44,871 bases of DNA from Candidatus Micrarchaeota archaeon. GTDB taxonomy: Archaea > Micrarchaeota > Micrarchaeia > Anstonellales > Bilamarchaeaceae. A program made the position numbers and the translations under genes. Shown here piece after piece: positions 27,731-37,620 of the stretch (within the stretch, counting starts at the first letter, position 1; every line of letters begins with the position of its first letter). The notes beneath the pieces are model-generated. The model was not told the DNA's origin. It ran no database searches and saw only the letters and a program-made list of their open reading frames with translations. The stretch covers positions 1 through 44,871 of the forward strand of contig JBBSVN010000015.1 of NCBI GenBank assembly GCA_038046765.1, read 5' to 3'.

Positions 27731-28351
27731 ATGAGTTCCTTATCCTTTAATCGAAAACAGTTTCCAATACCTTTGTGGTCAGATAAAAATGGTTCTGCGG
27801 GTCTTGGAACAGTTGTAATCCCGCCATATCACCCATCAATGATCAAAACTGGAATTAACTTTCGATTAGTCCCGACCCTATTAGACGAAGTTGTGAAAGA
27901 AACAGTAAATGAGATAGAAGAAATTGCTGCTAAAATACGCAACTTTAGATACTATCTAAAGGATATTCGTAAAGATAAATCAACAGGAAAAATCGCTTAC
28001 GCTGCTCGAATAGACCTAAATGAGTATGGAGTAAAAATAGAAGGCGTACCAATTGTAAAACATTTTTGGGTAAGCTCTAATGAAATTAACCCGCTGGGAC
28101 AGAGTATTGATGGGGGAATTGCAATCGACCCAAGACTTTCATCCAAAAGTTTTTTTGTTTCAGTAGAAGTAATGTTTGATCCAGAGTTAATGAAAGAATT
28201 TGGAATGATAGAAAAAGAAGAGAAATTTGGAGATAAAAAATTAATAGAATGTCTTAATACCTGGTACAGACATAACTTAGCCCCAATTAACGCAATATTT
28301 TATAGAAATCTTGTTATAGCTTTAGATAATGCGATTTTAAGAGGAGAATAA
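27731..28351 (+). CDS. hypothetical protein
   Basis: 206-aa ORF, no recognised motif. Confidence 0.7.
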   Translation: MSSLSFNRKQFPIPLWSDKNGSAGLGTVVIPPYHPSMIKTGINFRLVPTLLDEVVKETVNEIEEIAAKIRNFRYYLKDIRKDKSTGKIAYAARIDLNEYGVKIEGVPIVKHFWVSSNEINPLGQSIDGGIAIDPRLSSKSFFVSVEVMFDPELMKEFGMIEKEEKFGDKKLIECLNTWYRHNLAPINAIFYRNLVIALDNAILRGE

Positions 28352-28439
28352 GCAAACCATTTTAAATTTCATTTACGATAGACAAACAAAGTAACTCTAA
28401 TTAATCTTATCAAATTCTTATCTATAGGGGTGGCACATT

Positions 28440-30854
28440 ATGAAAAATGTCATGTGGTTTGAAGAGCTTAGTAAAAACAGCCTAGCTGAAGCTGGAGGTA
28501 AGGGCGCGAATTTAGGCGAGATGGCACAAGCAGGATTCCCAATTCCACCGGGATTTGTAGCAACTAGCGGAGCATATTACAAACATCTAGAATTAAACGG
28601 AATTAAACAAGCGATTACAGATATACTTGCTCCTCTTGATGTAAATGATAATGATAAATTAATGGAAGCTAGCGACAAAATAAAAAAAATAATTACAGAT
28701 GCACCAATGCCAAATGATGTACGAGAAGATTTACTTTTATCATACAAACGATTATGCGACCGATCGCAAAAAGAAGTTTATGTTGCAGTACGAAGCAGTG
28801 CAACAGCAGAAGATTTACCAACAGCATCTTTCGCAGGCCAACAATCTACTTACCTAAATGTGAAAGGTCCAGAAGAATTATTAAAATCAGTAAAAGACTG
28901 CTGGGCATCACTTTTTGAGTCACGAGCAATTTTCTATAGAGTACAAAACAAATTTGAACATATGAAAGTAGGTTTAGCCGCAGTAGTCCAGACAATGGTA
29001 CAAAGCGAACGCTCGGGAGTTATTTTTACTGTTGACCAGATTTACCAAGATCCAAATTTAATGTCAATCGAAACAGGATACGGATTAGGCGAAACAGTAG
29101 TAAGCGGACAAATTACGCCAGATACTTACCGAATTGATAAATTGAATATGAAAATAGTGGACAAAATTATTTCAAAACAAAGCTGGATGCTAGTTAAGAT
29201 GAATGATAAAAACCAGAGAGTTGAAATACGCGAAGACGCGCAGGCACTACAAAAATTAACTGATACTGAAATTATCGATTTGGCAAAAGTAGCAAGAAGA
29301 ATTGAAGAGCATTACAATTTCCCGCAGGATATCGAATACGCAATCGAAAAAGGAAATATTTACATCGTACAATCAAGACCAATAACAACATTAAAAACGG
29401 GCGAGATGACTAGCGAGAGAACGCTGGCTAATGTTGCAACTGCTTTAATAGCGAATAAAGAAAAGGTAGCTGCTGAACAAAAACAGACGACAGCACAACA
29501 AGCTAAAGATATCGGAAGCGCTAAAATTTTAGTAAAAGGATTAGGTGCTTCTCCTGGCGTTGGCGTTGGAAAAGTAAAACTAATTTTAAGCCCAAAAGAA
29601 ATTAAACGAATGGAAAAAGGAGACATTTTAGTTACTGAAATGACTACACCGGATTTTGTACCAGCTATGAAAAAGGCGGCAGCAATAATTACAGATACGG
29701 GCGGTACAACAAGCCACGCGGCAATTGTTTCAAGAGAACTTGGAATTCCTTGTATCGTTGGTACTACAAACGCAACAAAGATATTAGCTGAAGGTATGGA
29801 CGTTACAGCAGATGGATCGCACGGTGTAGTTTACGAAGGTATTTTTGCAGCAGCAGCGGAAAAGAAAGATGAAAAACACTCAATGTTATCTGTTGAATCA
29901 GCACCAATTACTGGAACAAAAATTTATGTAAATTTAGCTGAGGTGGAATTAGCTGAAAAAGTTTCTAAACTCCCAGTCGATGGTGTTGGATTACTTCGCG
30001 CCGAATTTATGGTAGCTGATATTGGACACCACCCAAAATGGATGTTAGAGAACGGAAAACGTGAAGAATTTGTGGATAAGTTAGCTGACAACTTAAGAAG
30101 ATTTGCAGCAGCATTTTATCCGCGTCCGGTTGTTTATCGGGCAACTGATTTTAAAACTAATGAATATCGTAACTTAGAAGGCGGAGAAAAGTACGAACCA
30201 ATGGAAGCAAATCCAATGATGGGTTATAGGGGCGCGGCCAGGTACATTCAAGAGCCAGAATTATTTAAAATGGAACTTGATGCAATTAAAAAAGTACGTG
30301 AAAAATACAGTTTACCTAACCTTTGGTTAATGATACCATTTATCAGAAGAGTTGGAGAATTAAAAGCGATAAAAGAGATTATGCGCGACTCTGGATTATT
30401 TAGAACGCGGGACTTTAAACTCTGGATAATGGTCGAAGTTCCAAGTACCGTTCTTTTAATCGATCAATTCTGCGCTGAAGGTATTGATGGAATAAGCATC
30501 GGAACAAACGATTTAACCCAATTAACGCTAGGTATCGATCGAGATAACGCAACACTAGCTAAAGGATTTGATGAACGAAACGAGGCAATTATTCGTGCTT
30601 TACGCCATGTAATTAAAACATGTAAGAAATTCAAAGTAACAACTTCGCTTTGTGGACAGGCCCCAAGCGTTTATCCAGAATTTGCAGAAAAGCTTGTTGA
30701 ATTTGGTGTAACCAGTATGAGTGTTAACCCTGATGCAGTTGAGCGAACTAGAAGAATTGTCGCAAGTGCTGAGATTAGGATTATGCTTGCCAGGTTATCT
30801 AAACTTACTGAGAAAGAAGAAGATAAAGACGATGCGGGATTTGAACAGGATTAG
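28440..30854 (+). CDS. ppsA: phosphoenolpyruvate synthase
   Basis: GGKGANLGEM, AVRSSATAEDL, TSHAAIVSRE phospho-His, SIGTNDLTQ, CGQAPS. Confidence 0.97.
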   Translation: MKNVMWFEELSKNSLAEAGGKGANLGEMAQAGFPIPPGFVATSGAYYKHLELNGIKQAITDILAPLDVNDNDKLMEASDKIKKIITDAPMPNDVREDLLLSYKRLCDRSQKEVYVAVRSSATAEDLPTASFAGQQSTYLNVKGPEELLKSVKDCWASLFESRAIFYRVQNKFEHMKVGLAAVVQTMVQSERSGVIFTVDQIYQDPNLMSIETGYGLGETVVSGQITPDTYRIDKLNMKIVDKIISKQSWMLVKMNDKNQRVEIREDAQALQKLTDTEIIDLAKVARRIEEHYNFPQDIEYAIEKGNIYIVQSRPITTLKTGEMTSERTLANVATALIANKEKVAAEQKQTTAQQAKDIGSAKILVKGLGASPGVGVGKVKLILSPKEIKRMEKGDILVTEMTTPDFVPAMKKAAAIITDTGGTTSHAAIVSRELGIPCIVGTTNATKILAEGMDVTADGSHGVVYEGIFAAAAEKKDEKHSMLSVESAPITGTKIYVNLAEVELAEKVSKLPVDGVGLLRAEFMVADIGHHPKWMLENGKREEFVDKLADNLRRFAAAFYPRPVVYRATDFKTNEYRNLEGGEKYEPMEANPMMGYRGAARYIQEPELFKMELDAIKKVREKYSLPNLWLMIPFIRRVGELKAIKEIMRDSGLFRTRDFKLWIMVEVPSTVLLIDQFCAEGIDGISIGTNDLTQLTLGIDRDNATLAKGFDERNEAIIRALRHVIKTCKKFKVTTSLCGQAPSVYPEFAEKLVEFGVTSMSVNPDAVERTRRIVASAEIRIMLARLSKLTEKEEDKDDAGFEQD

Positions 30855-31051
30855 TTTTTACTTTTATTTTTACTTTTTTATATTTTTATTGGTTTTATTA
30901 AATTTCTAATTTTATTAGTTTAATTTTATTCGTATTTTGTAATATTTGTTCTAGAAAAAGAGTTAATTAAAATAGAATTAAAAAATAATAATAAAAAGAA
31001 AATAAAAAATTAAAAAAGAATAAAATAAAAAGAAAAAATTTAAGGTTATTA
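30855..31051. terminator. T-rich/A-rich bidirectional termination region between convergent ppsA and ftsZ
   Basis: Oligo-T runs on + after ppsA and oligo-T on - after ftsZ. Confidence 0.55.
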
Positions 31052-32131
31052 TTAACCTAAAACTTCAAGGTCGCTTGTGTACATTGGCATGTTTGATGAT
31101 TCTTCTTCTTGAAGCATACCACCAACGATACTAGCACCTTTAACACCAGTTACGATTGCAACTATTTCTAGTTTACCTTCGTAGTTCTGCATGATTCTTG
31201 CGCCCCACTTTACGTTTGCTTCAGCATCCATTTTTTCAGTGATGATTTCTCCTGCTTTAATTGCATCACCTAAAGTCAGATCGCTTCCACCAGTAATGTG
31301 AATTAATGCACCTTTTGCTCCTTCAAAGTCGACATCTAAGAGTCTGTTCTTAATTACTCCTTCTGATGCACTTCTTACCTTGTCGGTTCCTTTTCCTTCA
31401 CCAACTGCAATGAATCCTACGCCTCCACCTTCCATGATTGCTCTAACATCTGCAAAGTCGATGTTAATTAAACTTGGTTGGGTAATCGTCCATACTAATC
31501 CCGAAATTGCCCTTGCTAAAATTTCATCAGCAACTGCAAACGCTTCAGTCATTGGTAAATTTGGAACTAATTGAACCAATCGGTTGTTATCCAAAATAAT
31601 TACTGAGTCGCAGAATTTCTTTAATTTAGAAATGCTTTCTTCTGCCTTTTTCTTTCTTGCTCTTTCTAATTGGAATGGATAAGTTACCATACTAACTACA
31701 ATTGCACCTTGTTCTTTTGCAATTTGAGCTACTACCGGAGCAGCACCACCACCAGTACCACCACCCATACCAGCACATACGAATACTAAGTGTGCGCCTT
31801 CGAGTTCTTTTTCAATTAATGGTCTGTCGACTTCGGCACTTTTAGCTCCAATGTCTGGATAACCTCCTGCACCTAATCCTTTTGTAACGCTTTTACCGAT
31901 CAAGACTTTCTTTGCTTTTTCGTGTATTACGTTTAAGTGTTGTTTATCAGTGTTAATTGCAACTAATTCAGTACCCTTAACACCAGATTTTATTAATCTG
32001 TTAATTGTATTGTTACCAGCTCCACCAATACCTACGGTTACGATTTTAATACTTTCTGAACCGAGGATTTCAGTTTGGCTTTCTTCTTTAACCACGCTTT
32101 CGCCCATTACGCTTTTTACCAAATCTTCCAT
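31052..32131 (-). CDS. ftsZ: cell division protein FtsZ (FtsZ2-type)
   Basis: GIGGAGNN, AGMGGGTGGG, PFQLERAR, INIDFADV; GGTGA RBS before ATG 32131. Confidence 0.95.
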   Translation of the reverse strand: MEDLVKSVMGESVVKEESQTEILGSESIKIVTVGIGGAGNNTINRLIKSGVKGTELVAINTDKQHLNVIHEKAKKVLIGKSVTKGLGAGGYPDIGAKSAEVDRPLIEKELEGAHLVFVCAGMGGGTGGGAAPVVAQIAKEQGAIVVSMVTYPFQLERARKKKAEESISKLKKFCDSVIILDNNRLVQLVPNLPMTEAFAVADEILARAISGLVWTITQPSLINIDFADVRAIMEGGGVGFIAVGEGKGTDKVRSASEGVIKNRLLDVDFEGAKGALIHITGGSDLTLGDAIKAGEIITEKMDAEANVKWGARIMQNYEGKLEIVAIVTGVKGASIVGGMLQEEESSNMPMYTSDLEVLG

Positions 32132-32454
32132 ATTTTTCACCTAGTCGCCTTCTCCAGTATTATTCCGAATATGATTTTTTTCGGATTTTTATAAAACTTT
32201 TACTAATATGACAATATACTGGGAGTTGTTATATGAAAGAAATTTTCGATTTAAATACATATTGTTTATCGAGGAAGAAGTGAGATGAGACTTTCTTATT
32301 AAACACCACAAAGACAAAAAAGATTGACGTAAACTATATAAATGTATTTAGTAAATGCATTGTATAGATAGCAATGTGCAATGGGCTTTGAGCACTGAGC
32401 CACAAAACAATTAGCTCAAGGCACAATAGCGCATGGCTTAATGCAGGTGAGCTA

Positions 32455-32682
32455 ATGGTCCACGTAATAACAATAGACGATGAATCATATTCTGAATTAT
32501 TTAAAGTAAAAAGACAAAATGATTGCAGCTTCAGTAAAGCGATAAAACATTTAATTGCTCAGAATAAAAAAGTAAAGACCAATGTCTTAGCTTTTGCAGG
32601 AAGCGTTAATGAAAGCGATATTGATATGCGATCAATAGACAGCATGGAGAAAAGTATGCAAAGCTGGGCTAGAAGAATATAA
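32455..32682 (+). CDS. archaeal VapB-type antitoxin
   Basis: VITIDDESYSELFKVKRQNDCSFSKAIKHLI...LAFAGS; upstream of a PIN gene. Confidence 0.75.
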   Translation: MVHVITIDDESYSELFKVKRQNDCSFSKAIKHLIAQNKKVKTNVLAFAGSVNESDIDMRSIDSMEKSMQSWARRI

Positions 32683-32845
32683 TTTAGCATTGAGCTGTGT
32701 GCAATGAGCTTTGAGCCCGAATATTTATATAAAAAACTGCTGACGACGCCATCGAAACGGTCTAAGTGCGTCGTCTTGCGCGGTTTAATCGAAGAATACT
32801 CGCTAGAAATTTATTAGAAAAGTAGTATGTAATAAGTTGATAATT

Positions 32846-33217
32846 ATGTCACAAGTTTGTATAGATAACGAAGTTGCACTTGATTTTTTAAAAGGGGATA
32901 GAGCGACTATTGAAAAACTTCGATATTACGCAGATAACGAGGATATTTGTATTACTTCTTTTTCTTTATTGCAATTATTAACAGGAGTAAAAAAACAAGA
33001 TGTTATAGAACAATTCGTTGAGAATATAGTTGTACTCCCATTTGACCAAAAAGCGGCGCAAATCGCCCCACAGTTAATAAAAGAAGTACGAGAAAACAAT
33101 ATGAATATACATTTAGAAGGAATTTTTACTGCTTCGATTTGTTTAGCAAATGACGTTTTTTTGTTTACTAAAGACCGAAAGAAATACGAGGGAATAAAGA
33201 AATTGAAACTGGTTTAA
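32846..33217 (+). CDS. PIN/VapC domain protein, active site partly degenerate
   Basis: CIDNEVALDFL, VLPFDQKAA, LFTKDRKKYE. Confidence 0.8.
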   Translation: MSQVCIDNEVALDFLKGDRATIEKLRYYADNEDICITSFSLLQLLTGVKKQDVIEQFVENIVVLPFDQKAAQIAPQLIKEVRENNMNIHLEGIFTASICLANDVFLFTKDRKKYEGIKKLKLV

Positions 33218-34456
33218 GTGAAACACATGAACTTATCTTATTTTTCTTCAACTCCCGGCATTGGTGGACAATTAAAAACTACATCAGAAGATTTTGCTGT
33301 CGAAGAGATTACAAAGAATGGAACTATTTTTGAAATTGATAAAGATGTAAAAACAGATAATAAAGAAAGTGAAAGTAAAGGAGAATTTTTGCATTTTGTA
33401 TTACAGAAAGATAACTGGGCAACTGCTGACGCAATAAAAGAAATTGCAAAGGCACTACACACCACGCCAAAAAGATTTAATTTTGCAGGAACTAAAGACA
33501 AAAAGGCTCTTACAACCCAATTAGTTTCTTGTTTTGGGTTAGAAAGAGAAAAACTTGACAACATAAAAATTAAAGACATAACGATTCTGGGTTCTTGGTA
33601 CGCGCGTGAAAAAATAGATTTAGGCGACTTACTAGGTAACCGATTTAAGATAAGAGTTGAAGGAGCAGATAAAAACAGTGACAAAATTGTTTCTAAAATT
33701 TACAAAGAATTAGATGGAAAATTTCCAAATTATTTTGGAGAGCAAAGGTTTGGAAGTACAAGAAAGAATACGCACATTATCGGAGAAAAAATCCTAAAAC
33801 GACAATTTAAAGAAGCAGTTTTAGATTTTTTATGTAATAGCGAAGGAGAGGAAAACAAGGAAGCTAGTCTAGCTAGAAAAGAACTAGCAGATACTTTTGA
33901 TTATACTCAGGCACTTAAAAACTTTCCACATTATTTAAGACTCGAGCGAACAGTTATTGCAGAACTAGAGAAAAATTCTAATGGTTACATAAACGCATTA
34001 AAGCAACTACCAAGACCAACTTTGCTTATGTTTGTCCACGCATTTCAAAGTCATTTATTTAACAGAATGCTTTCGCATCGAATAGAAAATGGAGTTGTTA
34101 AAATTGAAACCGAAGAATATTACTGTAAAGAAAATAAATACGGATTCCCAGATATCAACCAAAAAAGCGAAAGTAAAACAGATTGGATTGCTGGAAAATT
34201 AATTGGATATGACAATGTACTAAACGCAGAAGAAAAGGCAATGCTAAAGGAGTTTAACATTTCGCAAGAAGATTTCAAAATAAGAAGTATACCTGAAATT
34301 AATTCAAAGGGCGGATTTAGAACATTATTTGCACCATTAAAGGACTTTGCATTTGACTCCAAGAATAATGTATTTGCATTTTCTTTACAAAGCGGAAGTT
34401 ACGCAACGACTGCACTACGGGAATTTATCAATCAAAAACCAAAGAGAAATGATTAA
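33218..34456 (+). CDS. truD: tRNA pseudouridine(13) synthase TruD
   Basis: EDFAVEEI, AGTKDKKALT, FPNYFGEQRFG, FSLQSGSYATT. Confidence 0.95.
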   Translation: MKHMNLSYFSSTPGIGGQLKTTSEDFAVEEITKNGTIFEIDKDVKTDNKESESKGEFLHFVLQKDNWATADAIKEIAKALHTTPKRFNFAGTKDKKALTTQLVSCFGLEREKLDNIKIKDITILGSWYAREKIDLGDLLGNRFKIRVEGADKNSDKIVSKIYKELDGKFPNYFGEQRFGSTRKNTHIIGEKILKRQFKEAVLDFLCNSEGEENKEASLARKELADTFDYTQALKNFPHYLRLERTVIAELEKNSNGYINALKQLPRPTLLMFVHAFQSHLFNRMLSHRIENGVVKIETEEYYCKENKYGFPDINQKSESKTDWIAGKLIGYDNVLNAEEKAMLKEFNISQEDFKIRSIPEINSKGGFRTLFAPLKDFAFDSKNNVFAFSLQSGSYATTALREFINQKPKRND

Positions 34457-34492
34457 ATACTATTTCTAGTATATATACTATTTGGTGATGAA

Positions 34493-34762
34493 ATGAAGTT
34501 TGGTGGTACCGGAGTAGTAACTAGACAAGGTCAGATAACGCTACCCAAGAATGCAAGAGAAGAAGGCGATTTTGAGGTTGGTACGATAATTGAGTTCTTT
34601 TATAGCGACGATATTGTACTCATAAAAAGAAGGAAAGAACCTAAGCAGGTTTTTGAGGAATTAGCAAAGAGAACAAGGGAAAGATTTGAAAAAGAGGGCA
34701 TAAAACCTAAGGATGTAGAATCTGCAATAGCCAAGGTAAGGGCACGAAGAAATTCAGCGTGA
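34493..34762 (+). CDS. AbrB/MazE/SpoVT family antitoxin
   Basis: VTRQGQITLPKNARE. Confidence 0.88.
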   Translation: MKFGGTGVVTRQGQITLPKNAREEGDFEVGTIIEFFYSDDIVLIKRRKEPKQVFEELAKRTRERFEKEGIKPKDVESAIAKVRARRNSA

Positions 34763-35166
34763 ACTTTATGAAGGTTGTTTTAGATACAAACATTTTAATT
34801 TCAGCATTAGGCTGGCTGGGAAACCCCCACATACTTGTTAAAAAAATTTTAGATAAACAGATAGAACTTGCGATTAGCTTAGAATTAATTGAAGAATTCA
34901 GAGAAACCGCAAGAGAAAAGAAATTTGGATTTTCAGAAGAAGAAATATCTGATTTTATTGATGCTATTGCAGAAACTGCAGAATTTGTAGTAAGTTCAGA
35001 AAAGGTAGATATAGTAAAAAAAGATCCTGATGATAACATTGTATTGGAATGTGCAATAGAAGCAAAGGCAGATTTCATAATAACCGGAGATAGGCATCTT
35101 CTAGAGATTAAAGAATTTAATAGAATAAGAATAATAACTGTTAAGGAGTTTTTAGATTTAAAGTGA
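34759..35166 (+). CDS. PIN family toxin
   Basis: VVLDTNILISAL, DPDDNIVLECA, IITGDRHLL; overlaps the antitoxin stop. Confidence 0.92.
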   Translation: MNFMKVVLDTNILISALGWLGNPHILVKKILDKQIELAISLELIEEFRETAREKKFGFSEEEISDFIDAIAETAEFVVSSEKVDIVKKDPDDNIVLECAIEAKADFIITGDRHLLEIKEFNRIRIITVKEFLDLK

Positions 35167-35170
35167 TAAA

Positions 35171-36265
35171 ATGAAAATCCAAGAAGAAAACACAAATTTT
35201 GAAGTTTCTAAAGATGTCTTTTACAACCCGAACATGCAGTTTTGCAGAAGCTTTTGTTCATTAGCTGTTGGGGCACTTGAAGAGAAATTGAATGTACTGG
35301 ATGCATTTTGCGCTTCAGGAATACGGGGGATAAGATACGCTAAGGAGAATAAAAATATCAAGAAAATAATTTTTCTTGATGCCAGCACTGATGCAATAAA
35401 AATATTAAAGAAAAATATCAAAACTGCTAAAATAAAATCAGCCAAGGCAGTTTGTAATTCTGTTTCTAAATACATGCTAGAAGAAATGACTGAAGTTAAC
35501 TTCGTAGAAATTGACCCGTTTGGAACTCCTGTTCCTTACTTAAATGATACTATGAGATTTCTTAGTTTCAAAGATGTGCCTTACCTGTCAATTACAGCAA
35601 CAGATACTGCTGTTTTATGCGGACCAGAAGCTAGAGCATGCCTGAAAAATTATCACTCCAAATCTTTGAACAATGAGTTTACACATGAAAATGGATTACG
35701 AATACTATTGAAGCGTATTGCCGAAGCAGCAGCCGAGTATAACATTGGAATTACGCCGTTATTTTCTATGTCCGATCGACATTACATGAAAATACTTTTA
35801 AAATTGGAAAAAGATGCAAAAATAAGCGATGAAAATATGAAGAACCTTGGATATACAAGCTTTTGCAATATCTGCGGCTGGCGAAAATCGGGAAAAAGAA
35901 TGATTAATTCCTGCGAAAATTGTGGCGAGGAAACAGATTATGCAGGGCAACTTTGGTTAGGCGAACTACACGATAAAAAATTCTTGGAGAAAATGCTTAA
36001 ACTAAATGAGAAAAGAAATTATGAAGATAAAAAAGATATTGAAAAAACACTTAAACTAATGATGGGGGAAATCGGATTACCTCAAAGTTATTACAATGTT
36101 CATTTGTTATGTAAAAGATTAGAAACAGAAAAAATTCCAAAAACACAAGAATTAATCGAAAGGATAAGGAGCGCAGGCTTTAGAGCAGAGAAAACACATT
36201 TTAACGAGATTGGAATTAAGACGAATGCGACTTATGCGGAATTGAAGGGAATTATGAAGGGTTAA
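35171..36265 (+). CDS. trm1: tRNA (guanine(26)-N2)-dimethyltransferase
   Basis: VFYNPNM, DAFCASGIRGIRY, EIDPFGTP, TATDTA, CxxC pairs. Confidence 0.93.
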   Translation: MKIQEENTNFEVSKDVFYNPNMQFCRSFCSLAVGALEEKLNVLDAFCASGIRGIRYAKENKNIKKIIFLDASTDAIKILKKNIKTAKIKSAKAVCNSVSKYMLEEMTEVNFVEIDPFGTPVPYLNDTMRFLSFKDVPYLSITATDTAVLCGPEARACLKNYHSKSLNNEFTHENGLRILLKRIAEAAAEYNIGITPLFSMSDRHYMKILLKLEKDAKISDENMKNLGYTSFCNICGWRKSGKRMINSCENCGEETDYAGQLWLGELHDKKFLEKMLKLNEKRNYEDKKDIEKTLKLMMGEIGLPQSYYNVHLLCKRLETEKIPKTQELIERIRSAGFRAEKTHFNEIGIKTNATYAELKGIMKG

Positions 36266-36283
36266 AGGTAAAAAAAATTATAA

Positions 36284-37321
36284 TCAGAATATGCTTAGTT
36301 TTACGGGTTTTGAATCAACGATCGCATGAACTTTAAGATTAGCTAAACGATCTTGTACCTCTTTAGGAACTTTTTTACGATCAGTCATGTACTTAGAAAA
36401 TAAATCTGCAAAAGCTTGATTAAATGTGTAATCTACAAGTTTATCAGATAACAGATAAATTGAAAATGCATCGCTTCCATCTAAACGTAGACGTCCATGG
36501 CCTTCAAGGCCATAAAAATAAGATGAATTATCATAAATTTCTCTGCGGATTTGATCAAATAATTTAGAAACAGCAACAAAATACCTTAGAGAATTTAAAA
36601 CAGCATTAGATGAATCTGCACTTTTGACTAAAGAAGGAGTGACTTGTTTTAGCGCATCCAATTTCGTTTGAAGTTCCCTTAGATGTCTTCGGAAGGTTTG
36701 TCTTTTAGCAAAATCTCTTTTTATACTTTTTGTATAATTAAAATAATAAGAATCACCAATATCTTCAGATGGGATATTTATCCTGAAACTTTGAACTTGG
36801 CTAAAAACTTGGTCATAATCTGATAGATCCTGCTTATCCACTAAAAGAGAGTACTTTAATAGAATATCCTTGAAAGCTTCTTTTTCTGATTCATCTAAAT
36901 TAGCCCATATATCATGACCGATTTCGTGATGAAGAACACGCGGTACTTCCTTTCCCCAGCACTGATTCCAATATAAAAGAATTTCTTTTTCACGATATTC
37001 ACCAGCAATAACACTGCTGTGATTCAAAAATTTAACTTCAGGTGGCGCTTTTATGGGCATATTTATTGGAGGTAAATTATCTGCAAAGTTTTTGGAATAG
37101 AAAGCTAGTTCGCTGATTACCCTATCTCGAATATCCTGAAGTTTGTCTTCGCATAAAGGCGAACGGGATGAAGTAGTACTAACTGCTGTACTTGCTGGAT
37201 TTGAAAGAACTTTAGGTTGGAGTGATGGAAACACAGGGTTTCCTGTCCAAATCCAACGTGCATTCGCACATCCAACCTGTGCAGCAACTGCTAAACCTAT
37301 TGCAAATTTACGTAAACGCAT
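36284..37321 (-). CDS. putative lipoprotein with HExxH zinc-metallopeptidase motif
   Basis: MRLRKFAIGLAVAAQVGC signal/lipobox-like start; LHHEIGHDIW. Confidence 0.65.
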   Translation of the reverse strand: MRLRKFAIGLAVAAQVGCANARWIWTGNPVFPSLQPKVLSNPASTAVSTTSSRSPLCEDKLQDIRDRVISELAFYSKNFADNLPPINMPIKAPPEVKFLNHSSVIAGEYREKEILLYWNQCWGKEVPRVLHHEIGHDIWANLDESEKEAFKDILLKYSLLVDKQDLSDYDQVFSQVQSFRINIPSEDIGDSYYFNYTKSIKRDFAKRQTFRRHLRELQTKLDALKQVTPSLVKSADSSNAVLNSLRYFVAVSKLFDQIRREIYDNSSYFYGLEGHGRLRLDGSDAFSIYLLSDKLVDYTFNQAFADLFSKYMTDRKKVPKEVQDRLANLKVHAIVDSKPVKLSIF

Positions 37322-37457
37322 AATTATATTGTGCAAAGAAGTATTTATATAATTAACATTTTAACATAAAAAGAAACAAAATAAGAAAATAGAATAATAA
37401 CTCAAGACACTCAACACAAAACGCAAGACTGTAAACAATCAGAGAATAATTATATTT

Positions 37458-37610
37458 TGGGCCCGTCGAGATTTGAACTCAAGACCTTTCGATTTCCACT
37501 TCAAATACCTTGAATAAATGAAGTATCAGTCGAACGCTCCAACCGTTTCAGGAAGTGAAGCTTCATGAAAAGCTGTGAACGAAGTTCACTTCTGACTGAG
37601 CTACGGGCCC
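37458..37610 (-). tRNA. tRNA-Ile(GAT) with two introns (D-loop 37546-37593; canonical 37/38 at 37494-37523)
   Basis: GGGCCCG/CGGGCCC acceptor; TTCGA-CTGATA|A-TCGAA anticodon arm; TTGAG-TTCAAAT-CTCGA T arm; BHB-like folds at both inserts. Confidence 0.93.
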
Positions 37611-37620
37611 TTTAGTATAA

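Noticed and set aside
32738..32776. Hammerhead ribozyme (CTGACGA...GAAA)
   Set aside because: The bases between the two core motifs do not form stem II, and a competing 8-bp hairpin uses the core
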